This document shows, piece by piece, positions 49,353 to 59,460 of a stretch of DNA of 64,000 bases; position 1 is the first letter of the stretch, and every line of letters starts with the position of its first letter. The stretch comes from a virus. A program made the position numbers and the translations under genes. The stretch spans positions 1 through 64,000 of the IMG/VR virus record IMGVR_UViG_3300037506_000184; one strand, written 5' to 3'. The notes below the pieces were generated by a model, which saw nothing but the letters and a program-made list of their open reading frames with translations, was not told the origin of the DNA and did no database searches.

Positions 49353-50483
49353 TCACCCGCCGCCGGCCAGTGTGAACCGGAACGCCGCTCCTCTTCCCGG
49401 CTCCGACTCTGCCCATACCCGGCCGCCGTGCCGATGCACGATGCGGCGCACCGTTGCCAGCCCAACCCCGCTTCCGGCGTACTCGTTGCCGTGCAGCCGG
49501 ACGAACGGCGAGAACAGCTTGCCGGCGGTCGACGGGTCGAATCCAATGCCGTTGTCGGCGACGAAGAACGCGCCGTCAGCCGTCCCGATCTCGATGCGCG
49601 CCGCCACCCGATCGCGCGAGTACTTCATCGCATTGCCGATTAGGTTGGTCATCAGCACGCGCATGAGAGCGCTATCGGCCTGCACGGTCAGCCCATCGGC
49701 CACGGCACACTCCACGTCGCGCTCGATCTCTCGCTCTCGCAGCTCCGCAGCCACGGACCTGGCCAGTGCTGAGAGGTCAACCGGCTCAAGTCGCAGATCC
49801 TGCGTCCCGACCCGCGACAGCACCAGCAAGCCGGAGACGATCTCCTCGCAGCGCGACACCGCGACCCGGATTCGCCCCACGTGCCCCTGCGTCTCGGCGC
49901 TGAGAGTGGCGTCTTCCACGATGAGCCGCGCATAGCCGGCGATCACCCGTAGCGGCGCGCGCAGATCATGGCTCACGGCGTAGGCGAACGCCTCCAGCTC
50001 GGTTGCAATTGCCCGTAGCTGTTCGTTGGCCGCCGCCAACTCTTGCCCGCGCCGGACGATCTCCCGCTCGTGCTCGCCCTGGAGCTCGACGAAGGCGGTC
50101 ACGTCCTCGACCCGGTGCAGCACATACGCGACACGGCCATCGATCCAGACCGGCGAGTTGTGCGGCGACCAATGGCGGGTTTCCCACGTGCCGTCGGGCC
50201 GGCGGATCGCGTAACGCTGCACGGCCATCGTATCCGGCTCACCCGACGCCGCTCGCTCGAACGATTCGCGCACGTTTCGCTCGGCGTGAATGTCGGCGTC
50301 CGATTCGGCCTCGGGGAACACGTCGAACACGCCGCGACCAAGGATGGCGTCGCGCCGTGTCATCGTCGCCGCCAGGTAGGCGTCGGAGGCGGCGACGATG
50401 GTGAACGTCGGCGCGTCGGGTAGAAGGAGCAGAAACAAGCAGGATGTCGAGTTGAAGACGTCCTCGAAGGCGACCTCGACCAT
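49353..50483 (-). CDS. Cytoplasmic PAS-domain sensor histidine kinase
   Basis: H-box is FAYAVSHDLRAPL, N-box is LIGNAMKYS, G1 is DNGIGFD and G2 is GSGVGLATV. The N-terminus is PAS-like and has no TM segment. Confidence 0.85.
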   Translation of the reverse strand: MVEVAFEDVFNSTSCLFLLLLPDAPTFTIVAASDAYLAATMTRRDAILGRGVFDVFPEAESDADIHAERNVRESFERAASGEPDTMAVQRYAIRRPDGTWETRHWSPHNSPVWIDGRVAYVLHRVEDVTAFVELQGEHEREIVRRGQELAAANEQLRAIATELEAFAYAVSHDLRAPLRVIAGYARLIVEDATLSAETQGHVGRIRVAVSRCEEIVSGLLVLSRVGTQDLRLEPVDLSALARSVAAELREREIERDVECAVADGLTVQADSALMRVLMTNLIGNAMKYSRDRVAARIEIGTADGAFFVADNGIGFDPSTAGKLFSPFVRLHGNEYAGSGVGLATVRRIVHRHGGRVWAESEPGRGAAFRFTLAGGG

Positions 50484-50490
50484 CGCCCCC

Positions 50491-50670
50491 CTATTCGAGA
50501 TTCTTCAAGGCCTGCTCCATCTCGGTCAGTACCTTGAGGACCGTCTCCTGCAGCCGGTCGTACCGCTTCATGAGCGGCCGGGCGACGAAGACGTAGACAA
50601 TCGCCATGCCGATCACCAGCGTGAGCACGTGGGAGTTTGGATGCTCGAGGAACGGTAGCACCTTCTCCAT
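50491..50670 (-). CDS. Small single-TM protein, 59 aa
   Basis: TGATG overlap with the receiver gene stop (MEKVLPFLEHPNSHVLTLVIGMAIVYVFVARPL...). Confidence 0.4.
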   Translation of the reverse strand: MEKVLPFLEHPNSHVLTLVIGMAIVYVFVARPLMKRYDRLQETVLKVLTEMEQALKNLE

Positions 50671-51125
50671 CAGCGTCCCATCGCGACGAGCTTCTTGCAC
50701 TCGCGCACGCGGCAGAGGAGCTGGCGCGCGAAGGTTCGCCGCTGGTGCTCGTGCCGGACCTTGACCGCCAGCGCATCGATCAGTTGCGCGAGGCCGGTCT
50801 CGTTTATGTCGCCCTTGTACATCACGAGATCCGCGCCGCGCGACATCAGGTCGTCCGACATCGCCTTGTCGACGTGGCCGGTCAGAACGAGAAGCGCCGC
50901 CGGTCCGATCAGCGGGTAGATCCGGTTGAAGGTCTCCGGGTACTCGCCGTTCAGCACGTGGTTGTCGAGCACGACCGCATCGTAGGCGTTGCAGATGAGA
51001 CGTTCCTCGGCCGCAGCAATGGTATCGACGGCGTCGATGTCCATCGAGCGACGGGCGATGCGTGAGCCGAGCTTCAGGTCGTCGGGGTCGTCCTCGATCC
51101 AGAGGATTCGGAGCCGTTCGCTCAT
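50670..51125 (-). CDS. Stand-alone response-regulator receiver protein
   Basis: LRILWIEDDPDD, AVVLDNHV, LLVLTGH and MYKGD. Its ATG overlaps the stop of the transglycosylase-like gene (ATGA). Confidence 0.7.
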   Translation of the reverse strand: MSERLRILWIEDDPDDLKLGSRIARRSMDIDAVDTIAAAEERLICNAYDAVVLDNHVLNGEYPETFNRIYPLIGPAALLVLTGHVDKAMSDDLMSRGADLVMYKGDINETGLAQLIDALAVKVRHEHQRRTFARQLLCRVRECKKLVAMGR

Positions 51126-51604
51126 GCGAGACTCGCCCATCCTGTCGCCCAGCTCGCCGGCCAATCCTTCTTTCGCGGCAAGCCCGGGTTCCAGCATCGC
51201 AAATAATACCTCCACGCCACCTCGCGCTCGTCCGGCAACGGCAGCGGCGCCGGGTCCGTCCATAGCAGGAGCCGCGCAAATCCGGCGGCAAGCGTGTCGC
51301 AGTATTCGACCGCCTGGTACACGGCCGCCGTCGTCGGCTCGACATCCAGAGCGGCGCAGAGCTGGCGCGCGAGATCGCGTGACGCGGGATGCCCGAGGAC
51401 GCCGGAGATCGCCTGCTTCGGCTTCCCTTCGAACTGCCAGTACGAACGGCCTACGCCATTGCCGAGCTGCCGACGGTGGGCGATGTGGGTCTCCTGGAAG
51501 GCGCACGCGACGAGCAGCGCCCGCGCCGCCCGCGAATCCATGCGCGGCGGCAGGAGCGACAGCGCCGGCGTGATGGCGGAGCGTATGAGGACGGCAGGGA
51601 TCAC
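51122..51604 (-). CDS. Putative lytic transglycosylase-like endolysin
   Basis: ACAFQETHIAHRRQLGNGVGRSYWQFE resembles the E...G.xxxWQFE pattern of a phage transglycosylase-like family as I remember it. It lies directly after a holin-like gene. I prefer the GTG at 51604. Confidence 0.45.
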   Translation of the reverse strand: MIPAVLIRSAITPALSLLPPRMDSRAARALLVACAFQETHIAHRRQLGNGVGRSYWQFEGKPKQAISGVLGHPASRDLARQLCAALDVEPTTAAVYQAVEYCDTLAAGFARLLLWTDPAPLPLPDEREVAWRYYLRCWNPGLPRKKDWPASWATGWASLA

Positions 51605-51611
51605 GCCCCAG

Positions 51612-52112
51612 CTACCCCTGCGGCGCGGCCGGCGGCGCCGTCGCTGCCGCCTCCAGCTTGCTGATTGCCGCCCCGACGTCGGCGCCCTTCTGGTAGGCCA
51701 AGACGACCTTCTTCGCATGCTCGGCGACGACAGCGGTCGGCAATGCCTCACCCGGCGCCGCGCTTCTTTCGCCGAGCAGGAAGTGCAGCGACGTCGGCAA
51801 GTACGTCTTGCCGAGCTTGAACATCACCCCGGGCACGCACCCGGCGAGCAGAACCTTCGTCAGTAGCTGGTCGCCGCGGAAGTTGGGCGTGCTCAGCTCC
51901 GTCAAGAGCCCGACGATGAAACCGAGCCCGAGCACGAAGAAGATGTAGTTGTCCGGGTCCTCGAAGGGGCCCTGATACCAGCGCGGCGGGGCACCCGGCT
52001 TACTGATCATGACCGGCTTCAGCAGGCTCGTCAGGACGAACGTGAGCAGGATCATCGGCATGTTGGCGAGCGCCAGCAGGGCGCTCACGGCGTCGGTGAA
52101 GATCTTGTCCAT
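51612..52112 (-). CDS. Holin-like protein with three TM helices
   Basis: Three hydrophobic helices and a charged C-terminal tail, positioned upstream of the lysin-like gene. No family motif recognised. Confidence 0.45.
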   Translation of the reverse strand: MDKIFTDAVSALLALANMPMILLTFVLTSLLKPVMISKPGAPPRWYQGPFEDPDNYIFFVLGLGFIVGLLTELSTPNFRGDQLLTKVLLAGCVPGVMFKLGKTYLPTSLHFLLGERSAAPGEALPTAVVAEHAKKVVLAYQKGADVGAAISKLEAAATAPPAAPQG

Positions 52113-52133
52113 CGCTATCTCTCCTCCCCTCCC

Positions 52134-52508
52134 TCAAAGCTTCGTATCGCGCACGATCACCTGCCCGTCGCACGAGAACTTGTGACCGTTCACGTCCGTG
52201 GCGTTCACGTGGATCTGGTAGCGCGCCTTGTTGGTCCTGCCCGCCGCCTCGAAGATCCAGCAGAACTTCTTCGGGTCGCCCGCGCAGATCGCTGCATTCG
52301 AGACGAGCGAATCCTTGCCGGCGTCGACACCTTCGCGGACGTCGACAGCGATCGTCGCGGTCGCGATGTTCGCCGCACCGCGCGGCGCAAAATCGCAATC
52401 CCAGAGCCAACGCTCGTCTCGCTGGATGACGAGGGTTCCGTTGTCGGCGTGTACGACCGCGGGCGCGAGTAGCGCGGCAAGGATGATCCCGCAAAGTGCA
52501 TTTCTCAT
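52134..52508 (-). CDS. Secreted 124-aa protein
   Basis: ATG at 52508 with a GGGAGG RBS and an ATGA overlap. Signal peptide [21 protein letters not shown]. Confidence 0.5.
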   Translation of the reverse strand: MRNALCGIILAALLAPAVVHADNGTLVIQRDERWLWDCDFAPRGAANIATATIAVDVREGVDAGKDSLVSNAAICAGDPKKFCWIFEAAGRTNKARYQIHVNATDVNGHKFSCDGQVIVRDTKL

Positions 52509-53317
52509 GGTGAAGCCTCCCATGGCGCCCCCTTGGCTGGCGCCTCCCATCGGTCTGGCACCGCGTCCGATTCCCAACCGGAAGGCCGCGCCTCTGCCTC
52601 CCATGATCCTCGAGGCAGGATGGGCGTGCTCGATGGCGTTGCCGTTGCCGTGTTCGTCGCCCCCGGCAACGGCGTGCTCGTAGCCGTCGCGGTAGGCGTC
52701 CGGGTAGCCGTCGGCGTCGCCGTTCGGGTCTCCGTCGCCGTCGGCGTCCTCGTTGGAGTCAAGGTGTCGGTCGGTGTGCGCGTCGGCGTCGAGCTCGGCG
52801 TCGGCGTCGACGTCGGGGTCTCCGTAGGTGTGCGCGTTGCCGTCGGAGTCCGTGTCGGCGTGTCCGTCTCCGTCGGCGTCACGGTCGGTGTCGACGTCCT
52901 GGTCGGCGTGTCGGTGGCCGTGGGCGTGCGCGTCGGGGTTGTCGTGGGTGTGTCGGTCGGTGTGTCCGTTCTCGTAGGCGTGGGCGTCGATGTCCTGGTC
53001 GGCGTGCTCGTCGCGGTCGGGGTCGACGTCGGCGTCACGGTGTGGGTCGGTGTCGCCGTAGGCGTGCTGGTCCTCGTCGGCGTGACAGTAGGCGTATCCG
53101 TCTCCGTCGCGGTCGGCTGCGTGCCCGTCGGTGTGGATGTTGGCGAAGCAGTCGGCGTGACCGTGCCCTGATCGCGCAGCAGCAGCGAGACCGCCCCGGC
53201 AGGAGCGGGGGAGAGTAGGACAAGGATGAGGATCAGCCACACGCGCGCTCCGTCAGATCTGGCAATACTTCTGAGCCCCACCGCCCGGCCAATCCTTGCA
53301 GGTCGTGCCCGTGGCAC
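52505..53317 (-). CDS. Secreted Thr/Pro-repeat protein (about 170 residues of TPT repeats) with a Trp-rich tail
   Basis: The frame gives (V)[16 protein letters not shown] followed by TPTxTPT repeats, the same style as 3783-4409. The start is either the ATG at 53317 or the GTG at 53242. Confidence 0.55.
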   Translation of the reverse strand: MPRARPARIGRAVGLRSIARSDGARVWLILILVLLSPAPAGAVSLLLRDQGTVTPTASPTSTPTGTQPTATETDTPTVTPTRTSTPTATPTHTVTPTSTPTATSTPTRTSTPTPTRTDTPTDTPTTTPTRTPTATDTPTRTSTPTVTPTETDTPTRTPTATRTPTETPTSTPTPSSTPTRTPTDTLTPTRTPTATETRTATPTATRTPTATATSTPLPGATNTATATPSSTPILPRGSWEAEARPSGWESDAVPDRWEAPAKGAPWEASP

Positions 53318-56291
53318 CGGCCGACGTGCAGCTCGCGTCGTTCGTGCACGGGATCAGGATCGGCCGGCAGTCGATCGCTGGGTCATGCTCTGCGCGAAGA
53401 CAAGTTGCGAACATATCGGCGAGCGTCGGCTGCCCCTCGCTGCTCGACAGGTGGATGCCCAGAAAGTCGCTCGCTGGATAGTAGTCGGCGTCGCCCGTCG
53501 GGCTGCGCTCCTGAAACCACTTCTCTTGATCCGCCCAAGCGAGCCCCATCTCGATCGCAAGCTCCCGCTCCCAGGCGCCGAACGTTCTGAACTCGTTGTA
53601 CTGACAGGACCAGCCGGCGCCGAAGTCCTCGTGCGGCGCGTAGGTCGGAGAGATCACCACCCGGACATCTTTTCCGCCCGTGCGCGCGTCCCAGGTCTGC
53701 ACCATCGTGCGAAAGACGTTGCGTACGTAGCTCTGAGACGTCCGCTGCAGACAGATGCCACCCGGGCAGCCCGGCGAGGCGTAGTAGTCCAGCACCTCGC
53801 ACCAGCCGGAGGTCGATCCCTCATTGTCGCACGGACCCGCCGACGACGACGCGATACACGAACCGCCGCCGCTCGTGCAGCTCTCGCCGCACGGCAGGCT
53901 CTTGTTGTTCGAGCAGTAGCTGCAGTCGGTCGCAGACCCACACGCCGTGCCCGCGTTGAAGCCCTTGGTGGCGAACTTGTCGCCGTCGACGCAGAGCGCG
54001 GCGGTCGGAGCTTCCTGCCGGAGCCAGTTGGTTCCATCCGGCAGGTTACATGCTCCGTCGTTGTTCGGACCGCCGCAGGTGCCGCTACACTCCGAGTCGA
54101 TCGCGCAAGGCTTGATGCACTGCCCGAGTCGGCACTTCTCGCCGCCCGAACAGTTGGCGTCGATCGTACACGCCGCGAGGCTCGACTCCGAGCACCACGG
54201 CTGGTAGCAGCGGCCAGCGCGCGGGAACTCCTCCACCCAATCGTTCGCCGCGCAGTCGGCGAAGAGGACGTCGCAGTCCTGGTTGACCGAGCCCTTGTAA
54301 GCCTTGCGGTAGCTCGATGTCCCGTCGGCAATTGCGGTCGTCTGCGCGGCGAAGTCTGCGCACTTTCTTCCGCCCGCGGCCTGCCCGATGATGTCGTCGA
54401 CAGCGATGTCCGCCAGGCGCTCGACGAGCCGCGTGCCGATGTCGTCGCCGTTCCACCGCGAGTCGTTCATGAAGCAGACGGTTCGCCTGCCGTTCCCGTC
54501 GACGTCGGGGAAGGTGACGGCTTTCACGACGCTCGGCAACGTGTAGGTGACGGCAACGAAACCGCTCGTGAAAGCGACCTTGCCGGAGTTGCCGCTGTCT
54601 CCGGTCTGCTTCACCCCCCAATCCATTGTGCCGAAGTTGGAGGTCGTCCAACTGCCGCCGCCTGGTGCAACGTCGAAGATTGCCGTGGGCAGTCCGGCAT
54701 AGTCGTCTTCGGCGGTGTTGTTCACGTTGAAGCTGATCGACTGCGCGCTGCCACCGTCCGCGATCCCATACGAGACTGTTTTGTTCGCGTCCGTCGTGCT
54801 GTTCTCTCGGTACGCTGCCGAGACCGCGACCCAGGCATCACTTTCGAGCGTACCGGCGACCGGCGAGGGCGACGGCCACGGGCTGTGCGTGACGCGCTCC
54901 TCTTCGTTCAGCGCGCAGACGAGGCGTGTCGTTTGGCCGTCGGCTCGGCCGACTCCACCACTCGTGTCGTCGACGCAGGCGCCGTGATCGGTGCAGCCCG
55001 TTGCCTCGCAGGAGTTGATGCCGGCTGCCGCCACCAAATCGCTCACAAGCCAGCGTCGATCGAGGGCCTTTTGCAAGTCCCCCGGCGTCGCGTTCAAATC
55101 GTAGTGCTCGATGTTGTCGAAGCGGATGAACATATCCTGCGCGGCCTTCGACGAGTCGGCTACGCCCCAACGCGAGCGCGCGACGTTTGCGATCACACTC
55201 GACGGGTTCGTGCACGTGCCGCCTCCGTCGCAGTCTCCGTTGATGCTGCATGCGGTGCCGGCCTCGGTGCCCCCCGTGCACGATCCCTGGGGCCGCTGCC
55301 CGCCGCCGATCTCGACCGCGCCCTTGTTCGGGAGACTCGTCGGGTTGTCGGCGTACAGGGTACACTGTACGTTGTATCCACCGAGGCCGAGGAAGTTGCG
55401 CGTCTCGACACAGACCTTGCGCCGCTGGCCGATGGTGAGGGTCAACTTCGAGTAGGTCGCCTTGCTGCACTTCGGTACGCCGCCGACCTCGGCGGGACAC
55501 TGCCCCCCTGAGGGCGCGCAGGAGTCGTCATTACCAGCGCACTTCGTGCAATGCGTTCCGTCAGTGAACGACTCCTCACACTCGAATTGGTCCTCGTCGT
55601 TGAAGTGAACCCGGAGAGTCCGTCGGGTGAAGTGCTGTGGCCCCCCACCGAACGCCGCCGGTGGGCAGTAGGTGGCGTTGTTGTCGCAGCCCACCGTAAT
55701 CACGCACTGGCGCACGCCGCCGCTCGACTCGGTGATGATGATCGGCACCTCGCCGAGTCCCATCCCGCACGCGCCGCCAGCACAATCTGCATTGCTCGCG
55801 CACGGCACGGTGGTGTTGTTGGTGCAGCGGCCGAGAAGCGTGACGTCGGCGCAGTCGAGAGAGCGCGGCGTTGCCGTGAAGTTGACGGGCATCGTCGCGC
55901 TTCGCCCCTGCTCAACGGCCATGTCGGCCTGGAAGTGGGACCACGGATTCGTGTCGTTTACGATCTCGAACGGCAGCTCGCAATTCTCAGTGCCGGCGCA
56001 GTCGTCATCCTCGTCGCAGGTGGTTCCCGAGAGCGCGACGCAGTAGCCGCGATTGAGATTGCAGGTCTGGCCGCCGCCGCAATCCCCGTCGACGACGCAA
56101 GGGCGGGCGCAGAAGCCAGCGCTGATCGCTCCGAGTGTCGGAATCTCCAGCTCACCGTCGACGATGATGCCGGACGTCGCGCCGAGTGGAGCGGTCGCAC
56201 CGAGCTCGAAGGGGATGACCACCGTAGGCTTCGCCCAGGCGGGGACCGCAACGAGCGCAATCGCGATCGTCAGGGCAGAAGTCCGTCGCAT
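53253..56291 (-). CDS. 1012-aa secreted cysteine-rich protein
   Basis: Signal peptide [20 protein letters not shown]. Repeated D(G/D/A)DC..G..C knots occur ([49 protein letters not shown]). The C-terminal region has MNDS and D..GIH, faintly SGNH-hydrolase-like. Confidence 0.7.
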   Translation of the reverse strand: MRRTSALTIAIALVAVPAWAKPTVVIPFELGATAPLGATSGIIVDGELEIPTLGAISAGFCARPCVVDGDCGGGQTCNLNRGYCVALSGTTCDEDDDCAGTENCELPFEIVNDTNPWSHFQADMAVEQGRSATMPVNFTATPRSLDCADVTLLGRCTNNTTVPCASNADCAGGACGMGLGEVPIIITESSGGVRQCVITVGCDNNATYCPPAAFGGGPQHFTRRTLRVHFNDEDQFECEESFTDGTHCTKCAGNDDSCAPSGGQCPAEVGGVPKCSKATYSKLTLTIGQRRKVCVETRNFLGLGGYNVQCTLYADNPTSLPNKGAVEIGGGQRPQGSCTGGTEAGTACSINGDCDGGGTCTNPSSVIANVARSRWGVADSSKAAQDMFIRFDNIEHYDLNATPGDLQKALDRRWLVSDLVAAAGINSCEATGCTDHGACVDDTSGGVGRADGQTTRLVCALNEEERVTHSPWPSPSPVAGTLESDAWVAVSAAYRENSTTDANKTVSYGIADGGSAQSISFNVNNTAEDDYAGLPTAIFDVAPGGGSWTTSNFGTMDWGVKQTGDSGNSGKVAFTSGFVAVTYTLPSVVKAVTFPDVDGNGRRTVCFMNDSRWNGDDIGTRLVERLADIAVDDIIGQAAGGRKCADFAAQTTAIADGTSSYRKAYKGSVNQDCDVLFADCAANDWVEEFPRAGRCYQPWCSESSLAACTIDANCSGGEKCRLGQCIKPCAIDSECSGTCGGPNNDGACNLPDGTNWLRQEAPTAALCVDGDKFATKGFNAGTACGSATDCSYCSNNKSLPCGESCTSGGGSCIASSSAGPCDNEGSTSGWCEVLDYYASPGCPGGICLQRTSQSYVRNVFRTMVQTWDARTGGKDVRVVISPTYAPHEDFGAGWSCQYNEFRTFGAWERELAIEMGLAWADQEKWFQERSPTGDADYYPASDFLGIHLSSSEGQPTLADMFATCLRAEHDPAIDCRPILIPCTNDASCTSAGATGTTCKDWPGGGAQKYCQI

Positions 56292-56785
56292 GCGATCCCC
56301 GGGCTTGTCGGCCCGTCGCTCATACTCTCGGGCGCGTCTGGCGCGCCGCCGTAGATCCAGTGCCGAGGGTTGCTCGGGTCACGGGTCCAGAGCACCGACC
56401 AGTGCTGCGGCACCTCGAACAGGCGCTCGTCGGGTCCGAGGGTCCGGCCTGTGATCGGGTCGCGGTAGCCGGTCGTGTGCATGACGCACGGCAGCGTGTA
56501 CCGCACGTCGAATCCTTTCGGCGCCGCCTTCGGATCGCTCGCGGTCACGATCTCGCACGAGGTGTTGTCGGCCGCGACGGTCACCGTCCCGTGGTGCTGG
56601 ATGCCGTGGATGGTCGGAGAGACCGAGCAGGCGATCTTGGCCAGCGAAGCGCGACGTTCTGCTTTCTCGGCGCGGGCACGAAGAGTCCGTTTCGCGCGAG
56701 GCTCCGAGCGGCGCTCCAAACGCTCGACCGCATGGGTCGCCATCGGCAGGAGCGCGATCAGTAGGACGAGCAGTTTCCGTGACAC
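56270..56785 (-). CDS. Secreted 171-aa protein
   Basis: GTG at 56785 with a GGAGGAA RBS. Signal peptide VSRKLLVLLIALLPMATHA. Confidence 0.5.
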   Translation of the reverse strand: MSRKLLVLLIALLPMATHAVERLERRSEPRAKRTLRARAEKAERRASLAKIACSVSPTIHGIQHHGTVTVAADNTSCEIVTASDPKAAPKGFDVRYTLPCVMHTTGYRDPITGRTLGPDERLFEVPQHWSVLWTRDPSNPRHWIYGGAPDAPESMSDGPTSPGIACDGLLP

Positions 56786-58443
56786 GCGTTTCCTCCGGTC
56801 AGGCTGTAGGTGATCACCATTCCGGCACCGCCGGCGCCGCCGGTGCCGCACGTCGAGACAGCGCTGCCGCCCGTGCCTCCGGAGCACGTCGTGGTCACCG
56901 AGTTCCAGGTGACGGCAGACGCGATGATGAGGGCGTTGCCGCTTCCACCGCCGCCCGCCGATCCAGACGTCGAGCCGTTGCCAGCAGCATTGCCTGATAG
57001 GTCAATCGTCGCGCCGTCGAAGGTGGCCGTGCCCATACAAGCCACGACCAAGCCCCCACCACCGAAGCCGCCAGCACCAACCGTCCCGGAGGCGCCTGAC
57101 GGGCAACCACCTCCACCACCTCCGGTGCTTCCGAGTGCCGGCCGCTCGAACCAGAGGGTGTCCGCACCCGTGCCGGCGCCGCTCACTGGCGCAGCACCTC
57201 CACCAGAGCCGCCAAGAAATGGTAAAGCCTGTCCTGGAGCCCAACTGAACCAGGCTGTACGATTGCCAGCACCACCGTTCACGGAAGAAGTCGTACCCGC
57301 CGCGCCACCACCGAGCATCGTTGAGTGGCCCGGCTTCCCTGCCTGGTTGGCTGCGAGAGTGCCCCCAGCCACCGAGCACCCACCCAAGCCCTTGAGGTTG
57401 ATCTTCCCGTTTACCGTACAGTCGCCTCGAACGTAGAGCTGGAGCTGCGACGCCGCTGCGTTCAGGCAACCGGCGGTCACCGTGCGATCGATGGTGACGG
57501 TCCAGTCCGACGCAATGCTGAGCGACGAGAACTGCTTCAGGAAGCTCGGGGTGTTGTAGGTGTTGATCGAGTTGAACGCGCCGATGTGGGAGTTGGGAGT
57601 GAGCTTGCAGGTGCAGGAGTAGGAGTTGTCCGGGGTGTTGGTTCCGCTACAGCCCCCGGTGCAGGCCGCAGGGCAGTTGCCGGACCCTGGGGTCGTCCCG
57701 CAGCTTGCCCCCGAGCTTACGTCGGGCAGCGTGAACGCACCATCGGCACCGCTCCCCCAGAAAGTCGGGTCTGGGCCGGTTTCCTTGTAGGTGTCGGGAA
57801 TATGGGTGTTGGTGTGCACGGCGCTGATTGCGGCGTTCTCGTCCTCGTACATGGTCTCGTCGATCGTGCAGGTCTTGCCGACCGAGTTCCCGCAGAGGGT
57901 GAAGGTGGAACCGGCAGAAACGTCGCACTCGCCAGCGGAGCAGGTGACGTCGAACTCCAGGCCGAAGTCGATGAGCGATCCAACGCCTTGCAAGCTGTTG
58001 TTCCGCTTGACGCTCATCGGCGCGATCCGCTTCCACTCGCTCGCGATGTTGCAGGTGCCGTCGCCCGTCAGGCAGAGCCAACACTTCCAGTCATCCTCGT
58101 CGCAACAGACTTCGCGGGGCTTGCCGTCGGTAATGGTCGTGCAATCCGTGTCGTGGCTGCGCCAGCCGAGGATGTTCGAGCCGCTTGGCCGCGTTGTGTC
58201 GGTGCCTGAGTCGCCGCCGTCGATCGTCTTGTTGGTGAGCGTCTGCGCGCTGCTGAGATCCGCCGCGACGAAGCACGCGGTCCCCGTGTCGGTCCCGTTG
58301 TTCTTGACGCTCTCGTTCGCGGCGCAGTTGGGAACCGCAATTGCACCGTTGGCGCAGGTCGCGAAATCGCCCGAGCAGGTGAGCGCGTGCGCCGTCGACG
58401 CCGAGAGGAGCGCCAGCAGGGCGAGTGAGAACCAGCGCTTCAT
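56758..58443 (-). CDS. Tail-fibre-like protein with a signal peptide, a Cys-rich middle and a Gly-rich C-terminus
   Basis: Signal peptide MKRWFSLALLALLSASTAHA. SAQTLTNKTI is a motif common in phage fibres. The C-terminus has GGGGGCPSGASGTVGAGGFGGGG and GGGGSGNALII tracts. Confidence 0.65.
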   Translation of the reverse strand: MKRWFSLALLALLSASTAHALTCSGDFATCANGAIAVPNCAANESVKNNGTDTGTACFVAADLSSAQTLTNKTIDGGDSGTDTTRPSGSNILGWRSHDTDCTTITDGKPREVCCDEDDWKCWLCLTGDGTCNIASEWKRIAPMSVKRNNSLQGVGSLIDFGLEFDVTCSAGECDVSAGSTFTLCGNSVGKTCTIDETMYEDENAAISAVHTNTHIPDTYKETGPDPTFWGSGADGAFTLPDVSSGASCGTTPGSGNCPAACTGGCSGTNTPDNSYSCTCKLTPNSHIGAFNSINTYNTPSFLKQFSSLSIASDWTVTIDRTVTAGCLNAAASQLQLYVRGDCTVNGKINLKGLGGCSVAGGTLAANQAGKPGHSTMLGGGAAGTTSSVNGGAGNRTAWFSWAPGQALPFLGGSGGGAAPVSGAGTGADTLWFERPALGSTGGGGGGCPSGASGTVGAGGFGGGGLVVACMGTATFDGATIDLSGNAAGNGSTSGSAGGGGSGNALIIASAVTWNSVTTTCSGGTGGSAVSTCGTGGAGGAGMVITYSLTGGNACHGNCSSY

Positions 58444-59450
58444 CAGGCGATGCGCTCCGCCGTGCACGAGATCGTCGCATTCGCCGCCGTGGCCGATGCG
58501 ACAGCCCTGATCGCCACGCACTGGCCGGCCGTCGTCGAGCTGGTGGAGGCACCCGAATCACAGGTCGTTCCCGACGCGCTGATCTGGCACTGCGCCTTGG
58601 TCGTGTAGGAGATCGACCCGCAAGTGCCGGTGCCGATCGTGATCGTGAACGTATCCGAGCCGCCCGGCGCCGTGCTCGATCGGCAGTTGATGTTCTCGAA
58701 GGTCGCTGCCGCGTCGGTGGGAGCCGCCACGTTGGCCTCGGTCGCGTCGACCAGCCCCGGCCAGATGTAGACCGTGGAGCCGGACGTGAGCGGCATGCCC
58801 GTGCCGAAGCCGATCAGCGGCTTGATCTGCGTCGTCGTCGTGTCGAGATCGGAGGCGACGCCGTCCTGGCACTTCTTGAGCTTGTTCTCGGAGAGGTCGG
58901 CGAAGATGTTGTAGTTGCCGGTAGTGCAGCCGGGGTTGGTATCCGACTCGTCGAACTCGATGCCGAGGTTGTCGGTAACGAGCTGGCCGGTCAGGGTGCC
59001 GCCGGCGAGAGGGAGATAGCTGCTCGCCGTGATGTTGTCCGGCACGTCGTTGTCGCTGATCGTGCCGACGCTGACGGTGCCGCCGACGGACGATTGCTTG
59101 AGAAACTGGTTCGCGCCGCCCGTCGCCGAGAGGTCCGCTCCCGTGCCGCCCTTCCCGACCGGCACCTGCGCCGAGATCGACCACGTTCCGGTGTTGATCG
59201 TTGGCACGCCCGTCGAGGCAGAGGTATCGAGTCCGGTGCCGCCGTTGGCCGCCGGAACCTGGCCCGTGAGCGCGCAGCTCCCGTTTTGACAGGTGATGTT
59301 TTGCCCGCCGGTGATGGCACGCGCGGGAAGCGTGTTCAGCGAAAGGCTCGCCGTCCACATCAGCAGCCAGCCAAGCAGCGCCACGATGCCAGGCCGTGAC
59401 GGCCGACGCTTCGTGAATCGCCCTCGTGCGTCTCTCGGTTGATCGTTCAT
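58443..59450 (-). CDS. Tail-fibre-like protein with an N-terminal signal/anchor
   Basis: VPAANGGTGLDTSA, VGKGGTGADLSATG and YLPLAGGTLTGQL are classic fibre N-terminal motifs. They are preceded by RRPSRPGIVALLGWLLMWTASLSL. Confidence 0.65.
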   Translation of the reverse strand: MNDQPRDARGRFTKRRPSRPGIVALLGWLLMWTASLSLNTLPARAITGGQNITCQNGSCALTGQVPAANGGTGLDTSASTGVPTINTGTWSISAQVPVGKGGTGADLSATGGANQFLKQSSVGGTVSVGTISDNDVPDNITASSYLPLAGGTLTGQLVTDNLGIEFDESDTNPGCTTGNYNIFADLSENKLKKCQDGVASDLDTTTTQIKPLIGFGTGMPLTSGSTVYIWPGLVDATEANVAAPTDAAATFENINCRSSTAPGGSDTFTITIGTGTCGSISYTTKAQCQISASGTTCDSGASTSSTTAGQCVAIRAVASATAANATISCTAERIA

Positions 59451-59460
59451 CGCATCCTCC

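Noticed and set aside
52642-53161. Periodic repeat DNA considered as a CRISPR array or a diversity-generating retroelement target
   Set aside because: The periodicity is at codon scale with no repeat-spacer structure. No cas genes and no reverse transcriptase were seen in the window.
52509-53240. Asp/His/Ala-rich upstream part of the 368-aa ORF 52134..53240
   Set aside because: It is an alternative frame of the Thr/Pro repeat DNA. The TPT frame has a hydrophobic leader and an ATGA junction with the 124-aa gene. Only the last 124 codons of this ORF were kept.
53226-55511. 761-aa plus-strand ORF
   Set aside because: It lies antisense to the 1012-aa Cys-rich secreted protein and has an Arg/Ala/Val-rich composition.
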